From Promethearchaeota archaeon (lineage in GTDB: Archaea; Asgardarchaeota; Lokiarchaeia; Sigyniarchaeales; SOKP01), in assembly GCA_016839705.1 (NCBI GenBank), contig JAEOTR010000048.1, positions 1 to 64,000 of the forward strand: DNA of 64,000 nucleotides, read 5' to 3'. A model generated the notes under the pieces. It searched no databases. It was not told where the DNA came from and was given only the letters and a program-made list of their open reading frames with translations. The stretch's first letter is position 1; the number at the start of each line of letters is the position of its first letter. The translations under genes and the position numbers were made by a program. This document shows positions 30,165 to 40,392 of this stretch, in pieces.

Positions 30165-31727
30165 ATGCTAAGGCAAATTCATATCTTTTATAATCGCGAA
30201 CATATCTTTGTTAAAGATTATGCAAAAGCTTTTGGACAAATGGAATTGAGAAATGTACAAGACACCATAGATAAATATATGGAAATGCCCCAACCCGGCA
30301 AAACTATTAACCGGAAAATTTCTTCATTTCAAATTTTCCATAAAGGGATAGGTGAGCTCTATTTTTTAATTGTTACTGACTTAATTGATTCTCTTCAATA
30401 CATAGAAGAATTAATGGATAAAACTATTGCTATATTTCAAAAATTATTCCCAAATCCTTTAAAGATTAAAGAAACAAGTTCTGAAAAGGATGAATTCTCA
30501 AGCTTTCTTAACCAAATTCAAAGAGATTTACATTCCAAAATTTCAATAATTGGTCCTTCTTATGCGGGAAAAACTACACTTTATAATCTATTGAAAAGTG
30601 ATGATGAAAAAATCTTTATGGATTTTGCAGCCTCAACTACTGTTCAGATTGACGGTTTAGGTTTTGAGCTTTGGAATTTTCGGGTAAAGGATAATTTCTC
30701 CACCCTTTGGTCTAAATTTGTCAGAGGTTCAGATCTAATAATTTTACTGTTTAATTTAGCAAATTACAATCTGAAAATAATCAATCATTTTCTAAGTATA
30801 CATAAACTAGAAAGTAACTATGCTAAATTATTAATAATCGGAAATAAGCGAGAACTAGTAAATGATGGGGATATAAAAAGAATTAAAAATGAAATAAATA
30901 TCAATGATTTTAAAGAGATTTCCTTAAACTCTCCTGATGCTAAAACTCAGATACTAGAATTTATAAAGGAGGCATTAGGCTTAAAGGAAGGATTACCCCC
31001 TAGTTTTGAAGATTCCGTAAAAGAGGCAGAAGGTTTATATAGTATGGGAAACTCCCTTCAAGCTTTAGCAAAATACCGAGAATTAGTTAAATTATGTATC
31101 GAATACCAAGATTTTGAACATATCAAACTTTTTGAACAAAAAGTTCTTGATTTAACTGCAAAATTGAAAGAGCAGAAGCAGTTAAGAAAAGAAATTGAGA
31201 AAGAAAGAGCTTTTGAAATCCCAAAAGAACTAAAATTTAAAAAGAAAATTAAAGTTAAACCATTACCTACTTCTGCGCTTCCAACGGAAATCTTTAATAA
31301 AGAGGCGGTTGAGGAAGAATTACCACCTCCATCCAAGAGATTGACTAGTGAAATGATATCGTTTCAAAAGTTAGAAAGTAAGCCAGCTGGACTACAACTT
31401 TTAAAAACTTCAGAAACATCAGCTCTTCTTAAAAAACCGTCTATACCAATAAAAACTGTCAAGGAAAAATCAAAACAATCAGGAGTAAAAATGCCTTTAG
31501 AGCTGTTCCCCCCCCATGAAGAACTTAGTAAAGAGATTAAAAAACCTCAAACTGCAGATTTCACTCAAGAATTACAGAAAATGATCTCAGAAAAAGGAAG
31601 CTCTCTTAGTTTAGCGTTATGTGAACATTTAATTACTGAATTGGCACAATCTTTAGGAAGAGCAGTTACAATTGATGATGTTAAATTAGCTGCAGAATTT
31701 TTTGTAAAGCAAGAACAAATGGCCTAA
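30165..31727 (+). CDS. Longin-domain + Ras-superfamily small GTPase (degenerate) + helical/coiled-coil fusion
   Basis: Longin-like N-terminus (MLRQIHIFYN...LYFLIVTD...TIAIFQKLF), G1 GPSYAGKTT, G4 GNKRE, followed by helical and low-complexity regions. Confidence 0.8.
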   Translation: MLRQIHIFYNREHIFVKDYAKAFGQMELRNVQDTIDKYMEMPQPGKTINRKISSFQIFHKGIGELYFLIVTDLIDSLQYIEELMDKTIAIFQKLFPNPLKIKETSSEKDEFSSFLNQIQRDLHSKISIIGPSYAGKTTLYNLLKSDDEKIFMDFAASTTVQIDGLGFELWNFRVKDNFSTLWSKFVRGSDLIILLFNLANYNLKIINHFLSIHKLESNYAKLLIIGNKRELVNDGDIKRIKNEININDFKEISLNSPDAKTQILEFIKEALGLKEGLPPSFEDSVKEAEGLYSMGNSLQALAKYRELVKLCIEYQDFEHIKLFEQKVLDLTAKLKEQKQLRKEIEKERAFEIPKELKFKKKIKVKPLPTSALPTEIFNKEAVEEELPPPSKRLTSEMISFQKLESKPAGLQLLKTSETSALLKKPSIPIKTVKEKSKQSGVKMPLELFPPHEELSKEIKKPQTADFTQELQKMISEKGSSLSLALCEHLITELAQSLGRAVTIDDVKLAAEFFVKQEQMA

Positions 31728-31882
31728 TATCACTATTTATTATTATTGTTTAGTTCAGTAAAAGTTCACAATATAGTTCTTTTAAAAGTATTGAATATTG
31801 ACTTAATCAATAACAAAACTTTTTTGTTTACAATTAACTAATTTTCTTAAATCTACATTAAACGTTAAAAGAGGTTTTAAAA

Positions 31883-33373
31883 ATGAGTGAAATTAATGAA
31901 CTTCGAGAGTATTTTGCTGAAATAATGAGATTGAATTATATCTCATCGCTATTGAACTGGGATCAGGAAGTCAACATGATGAATTACAAATCTGTTGATG
32001 GGAGATCAAAACAACTATCCTTAATACGTAAGTTAATTCATCGAAGAATTACATCCGAAAAAGTAGGAAAATTAATCAAAGAAGCTGAAAAACTTTCCCT
32101 TAACGAAATCGAAAGCGCTATGTTACGCGAAATCACAAGAGAATATAACCTAGAAACTAAATTACCCGAAAAATTAGTTACTGAAATTGCAGAAACTAGT
32201 GTATTGGCTGCGAAGGATTGGCAAGAAGCCAGAGCAAAAAGCGATTTTTCTATTTTTGAAAAAATATTAGAAAAAACCGTAGATTTGCAGAAAGAAAGAG
32301 CCGAGAGACTTGGTACTCATCCTGATTTATATTCGACTCTAATAGATCTCTATGAACCGGGGGTTACTTATAATTGGATCGCTAATATTTTTAATCCCCT
32401 TAGACCAAAACTAATTGATTTTGTTAAAAAGCTAAATTCTTCTTCAGATAAACCTGATGGTTCTATATTCAAAAAGCACTATGATGAAGATAAACAATTT
32501 GAACTAAGTAGAAAAATTATTGAAAAATTAAATTTTGATTTTGGTTATGGAAGACAGGATAAGGTAACACATCCATTCACAACTTCGCTTGCTGCTCTGG
32601 ATGTTAGAATTACAACGAGAACGACCGAACCTTTTCCAGATTGCATTACAAGCACGATCCATGAGTATGGTCACGCTATCTATGAGATGGGAATTAAAAA
32701 AGAGCTTCACGATACGATTTTATGTACAGGTACCTCCATGGGAATTCATGAATCTCAATCAAGGATGTGGGAAAATACTGTTGGACGAAGTAAAGAATTT
32801 TGGATGTATTGGTATCCAACTTTTCAAGAATACTTCCCCGAAAATTTAAAAAATGTCCCTATGGAAGAATTTCATCGAGCCATTAATATTGTTGAGCCAT
32901 CTTTTATTAGAGTAAATGCAGATGAAGTAACATACGGTTTGCATATTATCTTAAGATTTGAAATCGAAAAAGATCTTATTGAGGGGAAGATTCAAGTAAA
33001 TGAACTACCCGAGATATGGAATTCCAAATTTGAGGATTTATTAGGAATAGTTCCTCCAAATTATGCACAAGGAGTCTTACAGGATGTGCACTGGTCCTCT
33101 GGATATTTAGGATACTTCCCCACGTATTTTCTTGGAAATTTATATAGCGCACAAATCTATGCAAATGCCTCAGAGAAAATGCCAAATTTACCTGATGATT
33201 ACAAAAAAGGTGAATTCTCAAATTTATTATCATATTTGAAAGAAAATATTCATCAGCATGGGGCGATCTACAGAGCTAATAATTTAATCAAAAGGGTTAC
33301 TGGAGAAGACCTGAATTCAAATTACTTTTTAAAATATATTGAAGAGAAATTTACCCCAATTTATAGATTATAA
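31883..33373 (+). CDS. Carboxypeptidase, M32 (Taq) family
   Basis: HPF, HEYGHA, HESQSRMWEN, IRVNADE, QDVHW, GYFPTY. Confidence 0.96.
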   Translation: MSEINELREYFAEIMRLNYISSLLNWDQEVNMMNYKSVDGRSKQLSLIRKLIHRRITSEKVGKLIKEAEKLSLNEIESAMLREITREYNLETKLPEKLVTEIAETSVLAAKDWQEARAKSDFSIFEKILEKTVDLQKERAERLGTHPDLYSTLIDLYEPGVTYNWIANIFNPLRPKLIDFVKKLNSSSDKPDGSIFKKHYDEDKQFELSRKIIEKLNFDFGYGRQDKVTHPFTTSLAALDVRITTRTTEPFPDCITSTIHEYGHAIYEMGIKKELHDTILCTGTSMGIHESQSRMWENTVGRSKEFWMYWYPTFQEYFPENLKNVPMEEFHRAINIVEPSFIRVNADEVTYGLHIILRFEIEKDLIEGKIQVNELPEIWNSKFEDLLGIVPPNYAQGVLQDVHWSSGYLGYFPTYFLGNLYSAQIYANASEKMPNLPDDYKKGEFSNLLSYLKENIHQHGAIYRANNLIKRVTGEDLNSNYFLKYIEEKFTPIYRL

Positions 33374-33437
33374 TTCATTCCTTTTTTTTCTTTTGTGAAA
33401 TATTTATTGTATATAGTATTAATAAAAGTAATTTCGC

Positions 33438-34034
33438 ATGTTATTACAAGTAAAAAAGTTCTCAGAAAAACTGTTATTACCATTAGCTCGTAAAATTAAA
33501 AGAATCCCTGCTAATTTTTTTACCTCATTAGGATTATTCTTTGCTTTATTAACTTTTTTTGCGTTCCTTTTTCACAATTTAATTTTAATTACGATTTTTT
33601 TATTTATTACTGAATTTTTCGATCAACTTGATGGTGTTGTTGCTCGACTTCAAGGACCAACACAATTGGGAGCTTTTTTAGATTCAACATTGGATAGAAT
33701 CGGAGATTTCTTTATTTTCGCAGGGATTATCCTTGGTGCTTATACTACAATTGAAATAGGCCTTTTAGTTTTGATTGGTGCTTTTTTAACATCCTATAGT
33801 AGAGCAAAGATCGAAGCTTTGGGAATTGACAATCTCTATGGGATTGGGTTGATTGAAAGAACAGACCGGGTACCTATCTTATTTTTGGGATCAATTTTTC
33901 AATTTTGGTTTCCATCAGCAATTTGGTGGACGATGATAGTTTTGGCTGTAGGAACCATTTTAACCGCAATTCAGAGAATAGTATTTGCATTTAGAAAATT
34001 TTCTAATGTTAGGCAAATAGAAGAATCAGACTAA
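33438..34034 (+). CDS. CDP-alcohol phosphatidyltransferase (archaetidylinositol-phosphate synthase-like)
   Basis: DQLDGVVARL...GAFLDSTLDRIGD, SYSRAKIE, GLIERTDR. Confidence 0.9.
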   Translation: MLLQVKKFSEKLLLPLARKIKRIPANFFTSLGLFFALLTFFAFLFHNLILITIFLFITEFFDQLDGVVARLQGPTQLGAFLDSTLDRIGDFFIFAGIILGAYTTIEIGLLVLIGAFLTSYSRAKIEALGIDNLYGIGLIERTDRVPILFLGSIFQFWFPSAIWWTMIVLAVGTILTAIQRIVFAFRKFSNVRQIEESD

Positions 34035-34204
34035 TAGCGGGATCAAAATAGAAATTAGGAGAACAAATTTTTCCTAAATCAAAATTTAATTTTTCAAATT
34101 CTTATCAGTAATTACTTGGTTAATAATTAATGTTAAAATTATTTGTAAACCTTATTAGTAAATATAATTAATTAAAATTGATATATTTTCGGGGTAATGA
34201 AATT

Positions 34205-35521
34205 ATGGTAAATTGTTTAATAGTTGGTCATGGTGCGAGGGAACATGTTATTGGTGAGACTCTTGTTAGAGGAGGCGCTAATTTATTTGCTTTTATGAGT
34301 TTCAAAAATGCAGGATTAGAGGATTTGAGCAAAAATATTAAAATTCACTCAGAGACAGACTTTCAAGAAATCCTTAACTTTTCAAGAAAAAATAAGATAG
34401 ATTTTGCTGTTATTGGACCAGAAGCGCCATTAGTCGTAGGTATTGTAGATGCTTTAGAAAAGGGCGGTATTCCTTGTGTAGGACCTAAAATTGAAGCAGC
34501 ACAATTAGAAGGCTCAAAGGTATTCATGAGAAGTCTCCTTGAAAAATACAAAATCCCCTCAAACTTGAAAAATAAAATGTTTGATTCTATGGAGGGTGTT
34601 GAAAGCTATTTGAAGGATGTGGGTCAAGAAAATATTGTTGTCAAACCAGAAGGCTTAACTGGGGGAAAAGGAGTTAAAGTTTTCGGAGATCACCTTTTTT
34701 CAAAAGAGGATATCCTAGAGTATTGCAAAGAGTTATTAGATAACAAAAATAGATTTCTCTTAGAGGAAAGATGTGAGGGAGAAGAATTTACGCTCCAAGC
34801 ATTTGTTGATGGAAAAGATGTAATTGGGTCACCCTTAGTTCAAGACCATAAAAGAGCATATGAAGATGATAAAGGTCCAAATACAGGCGGAATGGGTTCA
34901 TACAGTATAGAAGATCACCTTATGCCCTTTATAACGCAAAATGATGTGAATGAGGCTCTTGCAGATATGAAAAAATCAGTAGCTGCAGTAAAAGCTGAAA
35001 CGGGGACTGAGTATAAAGGATTTTTATATGGACAATTCATGAAAACTGCGGATGGCTTAAAATTGATAGAATTCAATTCTCGTTGGGGCGATCCCGAGGC
35101 TATGAATGTGTTACCTCTCCTTAAGGGTAATTTTGTTGAAATTTGTTGGGCAATTATTAATGGAAATTTATCTAAGAATTTTGAATTTGAAAAAAAAGCA
35201 ACGGTATGTAAATATCTCGCTCCCGAAGGATATCCTGTGAATCCAAAAAGAGACGAACTAATTACTATTGACAAAAAGAAATTAGAAAAGATTGGTGCAA
35301 ATCACTATTACGCCTCAGTTTATCGAGAAGGAAATAACATATATACTACATCTTCAAGAGCAATAGGGATATTAGGGATTGCTAATTCTCTTGAAGAGGC
35401 TGAAAAAATTGCCGAAAAGGGAGTGGGTTGCGTTGAAGGTAAATTATTTCATAGAAAAGATGTTGGAACACGAGAGATTCTACAGAAACGAATAGATCAT
35501 ATGAAAACTCTTCTTAAGTGA
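34205..35521 (+). CDS. purD: Phosphoribosylamine--glycine ligase
   Basis: GHGAREH, GPEAPL, AAQLEGSK, QDHKRAYEDDKGPNTGGMG, EFNSRWGDPE. Confidence 0.96.
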   Translation: MVNCLIVGHGAREHVIGETLVRGGANLFAFMSFKNAGLEDLSKNIKIHSETDFQEILNFSRKNKIDFAVIGPEAPLVVGIVDALEKGGIPCVGPKIEAAQLEGSKVFMRSLLEKYKIPSNLKNKMFDSMEGVESYLKDVGQENIVVKPEGLTGGKGVKVFGDHLFSKEDILEYCKELLDNKNRFLLEERCEGEEFTLQAFVDGKDVIGSPLVQDHKRAYEDDKGPNTGGMGSYSIEDHLMPFITQNDVNEALADMKKSVAAVKAETGTEYKGFLYGQFMKTADGLKLIEFNSRWGDPEAMNVLPLLKGNFVEICWAIINGNLSKNFEFEKKATVCKYLAPEGYPVNPKRDELITIDKKKLEKIGANHYYASVYREGNNIYTTSSRAIGILGIANSLEEAEKIAEKGVGCVEGKLFHRKDVGTREILQKRIDHMKTLLK

Positions 35522-35622
35522 GATATAGAACGTATTAGATTTACTTTTCTTTCACAATTACTAATTTTATATTTTATAATAATCAAATTATAATAATGTT
35601 GAAATTAAGCTTTACATGAACA

Positions 35623-36108
35623 ATGACTTGGCATGAACAGAATTTTAAATATAATGCTTTAGTAAAAAAACTTTTCCACGATGAAAATTGGCAGCAACGG
35701 GCTGAAGCTGCAAGAGAATTAGGAATCATGCAAGAGGGAAGAGTTGTTAATTTACTCTGTCGTGCTTTGAGATCTGAAAAGGATTATCTAGTTGTCAACA
35801 AAATTATTGAAGCCCTTGGAAAAATTGGAGATGGTCGAGCAACTTTAAGGATTGTAGAAAAGCTGATTGAAGAATTGGATAAGCCTGAAACAGATAAATT
35901 CAGAGTTATTTCCATTTTAGAAGCTTTGAAAGAAATTAAAGATAAACGAGCTTTAGTATATATAGGATTGTTTCTAGAATCGTCCGACGAAACTTTGAAG
36001 AATCTTGCAGAAGATATTTTTGATGCCATAGAGCCAGATTGGCGGAACATTGTAAAGAAAGAAAGAAAAGAGAAATCCATCCAAGAAATTTTCAGAACTA
36101 AAATCTAA
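35623..36108 (+). CDS. HEAT/PBS-lyase repeat protein
   Basis: WQQRAEAARELG, IIEALGKIGDGRA, ILEALKEIKDKRA. Confidence 0.85.
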   Translation: MTWHEQNFKYNALVKKLFHDENWQQRAEAARELGIMQEGRVVNLLCRALRSEKDYLVVNKIIEALGKIGDGRATLRIVEKLIEELDKPETDKFRVISILEALKEIKDKRALVYIGLFLESSDETLKNLAEDIFDAIEPDWRNIVKKERKEKSIQEIFRTKI

Positions 36109-36218
36109 ATTAATTTAGATAAGTTAGTCAGTGACTCTGTTTAACAAGCTCTTAATAACATTGTTATAATAGATTTTTAATTTAATTATTGTTAAAGATT
36201 TCAATTCAAATCTAATTA

Positions 36219-37340
36219 TTGGTGAATTTAGTGTCAAGGAAGTTGGTATGTTGTTGGGATTTAGAAGGGCCAATAAGTATAATAGATTTTGCTGCGGAGA
36301 TTGGGAAGCTATTGAGCAATAGGTCCAAATTAAATCTACAAAAATACAACATGGGTGAATTTTTTCAAATGATATCCAACTATGACGATTATCTTATTGA
36401 GGTTCCTGGCGTCAAAGAGCAATTGAATATTCCAGAATATCAACCCGGAGATACTCTTAGATTAATGGCACCATTGTATGCAACTACCTATACCGATAAA
36501 GAATTAATTGATTTAGCTAAAAATAATCGTGGGTTATTGCCAGGATGCAAGGAATTAATGAGGAGATTACATGATGAATGGGATATTTTTGTTATATCAA
36601 CGAGTTACACACATTTTGCTAATATTGTCACAGCCGCATTAGGGATCTTTAAAGACCATGTTTATTGTACTGAATTAAATATTCAAGAAATGAAAATGGG
36701 ACTTTCTAATATTGAAAAAGATGTAGAAATTCTTCTAAAACAAATATTTCAAAAATATCTGAAAAATAATAAAGAATTGAGTATTGTGATTGAAGATCTA
36801 AATAACTTTTTCTGGAAAGAAGAACAATCAGATTATATAAAAGTTATGAACCAGGTGAAGGTTAGAGGTGGAAGAAGGAAAGAAATTGCGGTAGAGGATA
36901 TATCAGAAAGAACAGGAGTATCGATTTCACAAATGATTGCTATAGGTGATTCAATCACGGATATAGATATGCTTCAAAGATTAAGTAATGAAAAAGGAAT
37001 TGCCATTTCATTCAACGGAAATAGATTTAGCTTAAAAAGAGCAAATCTTGCAGCAACCACTCCTAATAGTCTAGGTATATTACCAATATTTCAATCACAC
37101 TACGACATCACCAATTTTTTAGAGGAATGGGAATCAAATTTTGAAAGTTTTCGAAATAATCCAAAGAACATACCTAAAGGTCTGATTTCACGGGAAAGCA
37201 AAGAATTTTGCGTTAAATATAATTTTCTACCTGAATTTGATAATCTAACCAATAAAGATGAAAAACAATTAGCTGAAATTATTTCAAAGCAAGAGACGAT
37301 GAGAAAAAAAGTACGAGGATGGGCAGGGACTTTCGGATAA
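36219..37340 (+). CDS. HAD-superfamily hydrolase (EhaR/COG4030-like)
   Basis: WDLEGPIS..DFA.E, YDDYL, GDTLRL, ISTSY, IGDSITDIDML, SFNGN. Confidence 0.8.
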   Translation: MVNLVSRKLVCCWDLEGPISIIDFAAEIGKLLSNRSKLNLQKYNMGEFFQMISNYDDYLIEVPGVKEQLNIPEYQPGDTLRLMAPLYATTYTDKELIDLAKNNRGLLPGCKELMRRLHDEWDIFVISTSYTHFANIVTAALGIFKDHVYCTELNIQEMKMGLSNIEKDVEILLKQIFQKYLKNNKELSIVIEDLNNFFWKEEQSDYIKVMNQVKVRGGRRKEIAVEDISERTGVSISQMIAIGDSITDIDMLQRLSNEKGIAISFNGNRFSLKRANLAATTPNSLGILPIFQSHYDITNFLEEWESNFESFRNNPKNIPKGLISRESKEFCVKYNFLPEFDNLTNKDEKQLAEIISKQETMRKKVRGWAGTFG

Positions 37341-37471
37341 ATTGATTGAGTTGATCAATTAAGGAAAAAATTCTAAAATTATTCATTTATAGGAACAAAT
37401 ATATTTTTTATTCCTCTAATTTTACATAAAGATAGAATTATTTTACACCCTTTTATGAGGTAATCTTCAAA

Positions 37472-40264
37472 ATGGCAAGTATTGTTAAGAATATCAATAA
37501 AATAAATCAACTTATTTCCGAAAATATCGAAGATATGATTTTCATATGTAATGAAAATATTGAATGTGAATACCACAATAATAAAGAATTGCAATATAGA
37601 AAGCATTTAATTGATTTTCTACATCCCAGTGACTCGAAACTAGTAGGTAACTTTATAAGAAATGTCTTTAAAATTGGATATGACAGAGAAGAATTTAGGA
37701 TAGCAGGTGATAATAACCTTTTCAAATGGTATGATATTAAGGGGAAAAGATTTGTTGACGATCAAAACAATAAAAAAGTTATTCTGATTTGTAGAGAAAT
37801 CAGCAAGTTAAAAAAACTAGAAAAAGATATTAAAGATAGTCAAATCAGATACGCTCAATTAGCAGATACTTTACCTGAAATTAATTATTGGAAACTTCTT
37901 CAATCTAAGGATAGTTTTACTGCTGTTCAAAAAGCTAGGGAAATGTTAGAAGTAATAATTAACAATATTCCTCAATTAATTTATTGGAAAGACATAAAGT
38001 TGAAATATTTAGGGTGTAATGCCAATTTTGCAGGAATAAATGGCTTGATTAATTCTTCTTCAATAATAGGTCGATCTGACGATGATTTAAAATGGGAAAT
38101 AGACAAGATCGCTTATATCCAAGAATGTGAACACAATGTAATAAAGAATAATGAGCCGGAATATAATGTCATTGAGCTTTTAAAAACAGTTGATGGAAAA
38201 CAAGCTTGGTATGAGATAAACAGAGTACCTCTACATAATATGAGTGGAAAGGTAGTAGGAATTCTTGTCACTTATGAGGATATCACAATTAGGAAGTTTT
38301 CTGAGCAAAAATTAAAAGAATCTGAAGAAAAATATAGAACTATATTCAACTCAAGTCCCGACTACATCTTCATAACCGATGTTGAGGGAAATATATTAGA
38401 CATGAACTTAGCATTATTAGATAGAATTGGGATGACATTAGAGGAGGTTCATGGAACGAATTTTGCGCAATTTTATGCTGGTGACAATCTTGACGAATTA
38501 TTATTGGCCCGGGATGAAATTGGAGCAGGAAAAGAAATTAAGGGATCTGAAGTTAAAGCCAGAGCCAAAACAGGAGAGATTTTTGAATATGAAGTAAATT
38601 CCGTACCAATTAAGGAAAATGGAAGAGTAGTAAAAGTTATTAATTTAGCCAGAGACGTTACCGATAAAAAAATTGCTGAAAAAAAATTGCAGAAATCGCA
38701 AGAAGATTTACGAGTTTTGAATAAGGAATTAGAACAAAAAATTAAAGAAAGAACTAAAGATTTAATAGAATCTGAAAGACAATATCGCACAACCATTGAT
38801 TTCTTGGGAGATCCTTTACATGTTGTAGACAGAGATCTAAGAATAATTTTGGTAAATCAACCATTCAAGAGATGGCTAAATGAACTAAATATTGAAGCCG
38901 AAATACTTAGAAAGAAAATTCCTGAGATTTTTCCATTTTTACCCCCTAAAATATATGATGAATACGCGAAAGTATTTGATACTGGTAGTCCTCTTATTAC
39001 AATGGAATCTACTTCGGTACAAGAACGTAATTTGATCACAGAAACTCGAAAAATTCCGATTTTTAGTGAAGGAAGGGTTGAACAGGTAATTACAATAATT
39101 AGAGATGTCACTGAGAGTAGGGAAATGGAACATCAATTAAAAGAATCTGAGGAAAAGTATAGAAACATGGTAAATTACTTAGATCTAGGATTTTATAAAG
39201 GGGAATACAGAGGTAAGCTTCTAATGCATAATCAAGCATTTAATGAAATGTTAGGACTTAGACCAAATGAGAGTATCGTTGGTTTAGAATCATCTCAATT
39301 TTTTGTTAATCCAGAAGTGCAAAATAAATATTATTCAGAATTAGATGAAAAAGGAATTGTGAAACACTTCATTGCCCAAATTAAGAACTTTAATGAGGAA
39401 ATTATCGTTGTAGATTTGAATGCTCATGTAATATATGATTCAGATGGAAAACCTATGGAAATTGAGGGTACATTTGCAGATATTACTGAAAAATTCAAAT
39501 TGCAGCAAGATCTATTGGAATCTGAGAAAAAATTAAGAGAAAAAAATATTGAATTAATGAAGTTGGATGAAATTAAAAATGATTTTATAACAATGGCTGC
39601 ACATGAATTAAAAACACCATTAATCTCAATCTCAGGATATACTGATTATATATTAATAAAACATCGGAGTTATTTAACCCCTGAAATTACAGAAGATTTG
39701 AAGACTGTTCAAAGAAATGTCACTAGACTTGAGGTTTTAATGGACCAGTTATTAGAGGTCATGAAGATTGATGAAAATAAATTAAAACTCCAGAAACAAA
39801 AAGTTAACATCACAAAGATAATTAATGATTGTCTAGATGAATTAAGCTATTTGATTAATGAAAAAAATCTTGAGGTAATATTAAATATCAATCATGAAAT
39901 AATACTAAGCGTTGACCCAACTCGAATTTTCACTGTTTTTACAAATTTAATCTCTAACGCTATTAAATTTACACCAGATTATGGATGGATTGAAATTTCG
40001 AGTAAAAAAGCTGATAAGGAGTATGTCTTTGAAGTAAAAGATAATGGAATAGGATTGGCTGAAGATGAAATATCTCGATTATTTATAAAATTCGAAAGGA
40101 TTAAACAACCAAATCTTAATGAAAGCGTTACTATAAATGATAGCGGAACGGGTTTAGGTTTATATATCACTAAAGGAATTGTTAATTTACATAAGGGGGA
40201 GATTCGAGCAAGTTCTGATGGATTAGATAAAGGAGCTACATTTACCTTTACTTTGCCAATTTAA
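37472..40264 (+). CDS. Multi-PAS sensor histidine kinase
   Basis: Several PAS/PAC repeats (ESEEKYR); H-box AHELKTPL, N-box NLISNAIKFT, DNGIG, GTGLGL. Confidence 0.95.
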   Translation: MASIVKNINKINQLISENIEDMIFICNENIECEYHNNKELQYRKHLIDFLHPSDSKLVGNFIRNVFKIGYDREEFRIAGDNNLFKWYDIKGKRFVDDQNNKKVILICREISKLKKLEKDIKDSQIRYAQLADTLPEINYWKLLQSKDSFTAVQKAREMLEVIINNIPQLIYWKDIKLKYLGCNANFAGINGLINSSSIIGRSDDDLKWEIDKIAYIQECEHNVIKNNEPEYNVIELLKTVDGKQAWYEINRVPLHNMSGKVVGILVTYEDITIRKFSEQKLKESEEKYRTIFNSSPDYIFITDVEGNILDMNLALLDRIGMTLEEVHGTNFAQFYAGDNLDELLLARDEIGAGKEIKGSEVKARAKTGEIFEYEVNSVPIKENGRVVKVINLARDVTDKKIAEKKLQKSQEDLRVLNKELEQKIKERTKDLIESERQYRTTIDFLGDPLHVVDRDLRIILVNQPFKRWLNELNIEAEILRKKIPEIFPFLPPKIYDEYAKVFDTGSPLITMESTSVQERNLITETRKIPIFSEGRVEQVITIIRDVTESREMEHQLKESEEKYRNMVNYLDLGFYKGEYRGKLLMHNQAFNEMLGLRPNESIVGLESSQFFVNPEVQNKYYSELDEKGIVKHFIAQIKNFNEEIIVVDLNAHVIYDSDGKPMEIEGTFADITEKFKLQQDLLESEKKLREKNIELMKLDEIKNDFITMAAHELKTPLISISGYTDYILIKHRSYLTPEITEDLKTVQRNVTRLEVLMDQLLEVMKIDENKLKLQKQKVNITKIINDCLDELSYLINEKNLEVILNINHEIILSVDPTRIFTVFTNLISNAIKFTPDYGWIEISSKKADKEYVFEVKDNGIGLAEDEISRLFIKFERIKQPNLNESVTINDSGTGLGLYITKGIVNLHKGEIRASSDGLDKGATFTFTLPI

Positions 40265-40392
40265 AAATATTTCATTCGAGCGAATAATATACCAATATAG
40301 TAATTTGGATATTTTTTCTTTAATAACAAACAGAAATTTATTTATCTGTTATAATTTATTATTTGAATTTCGGAACATATCATACAGTCATT

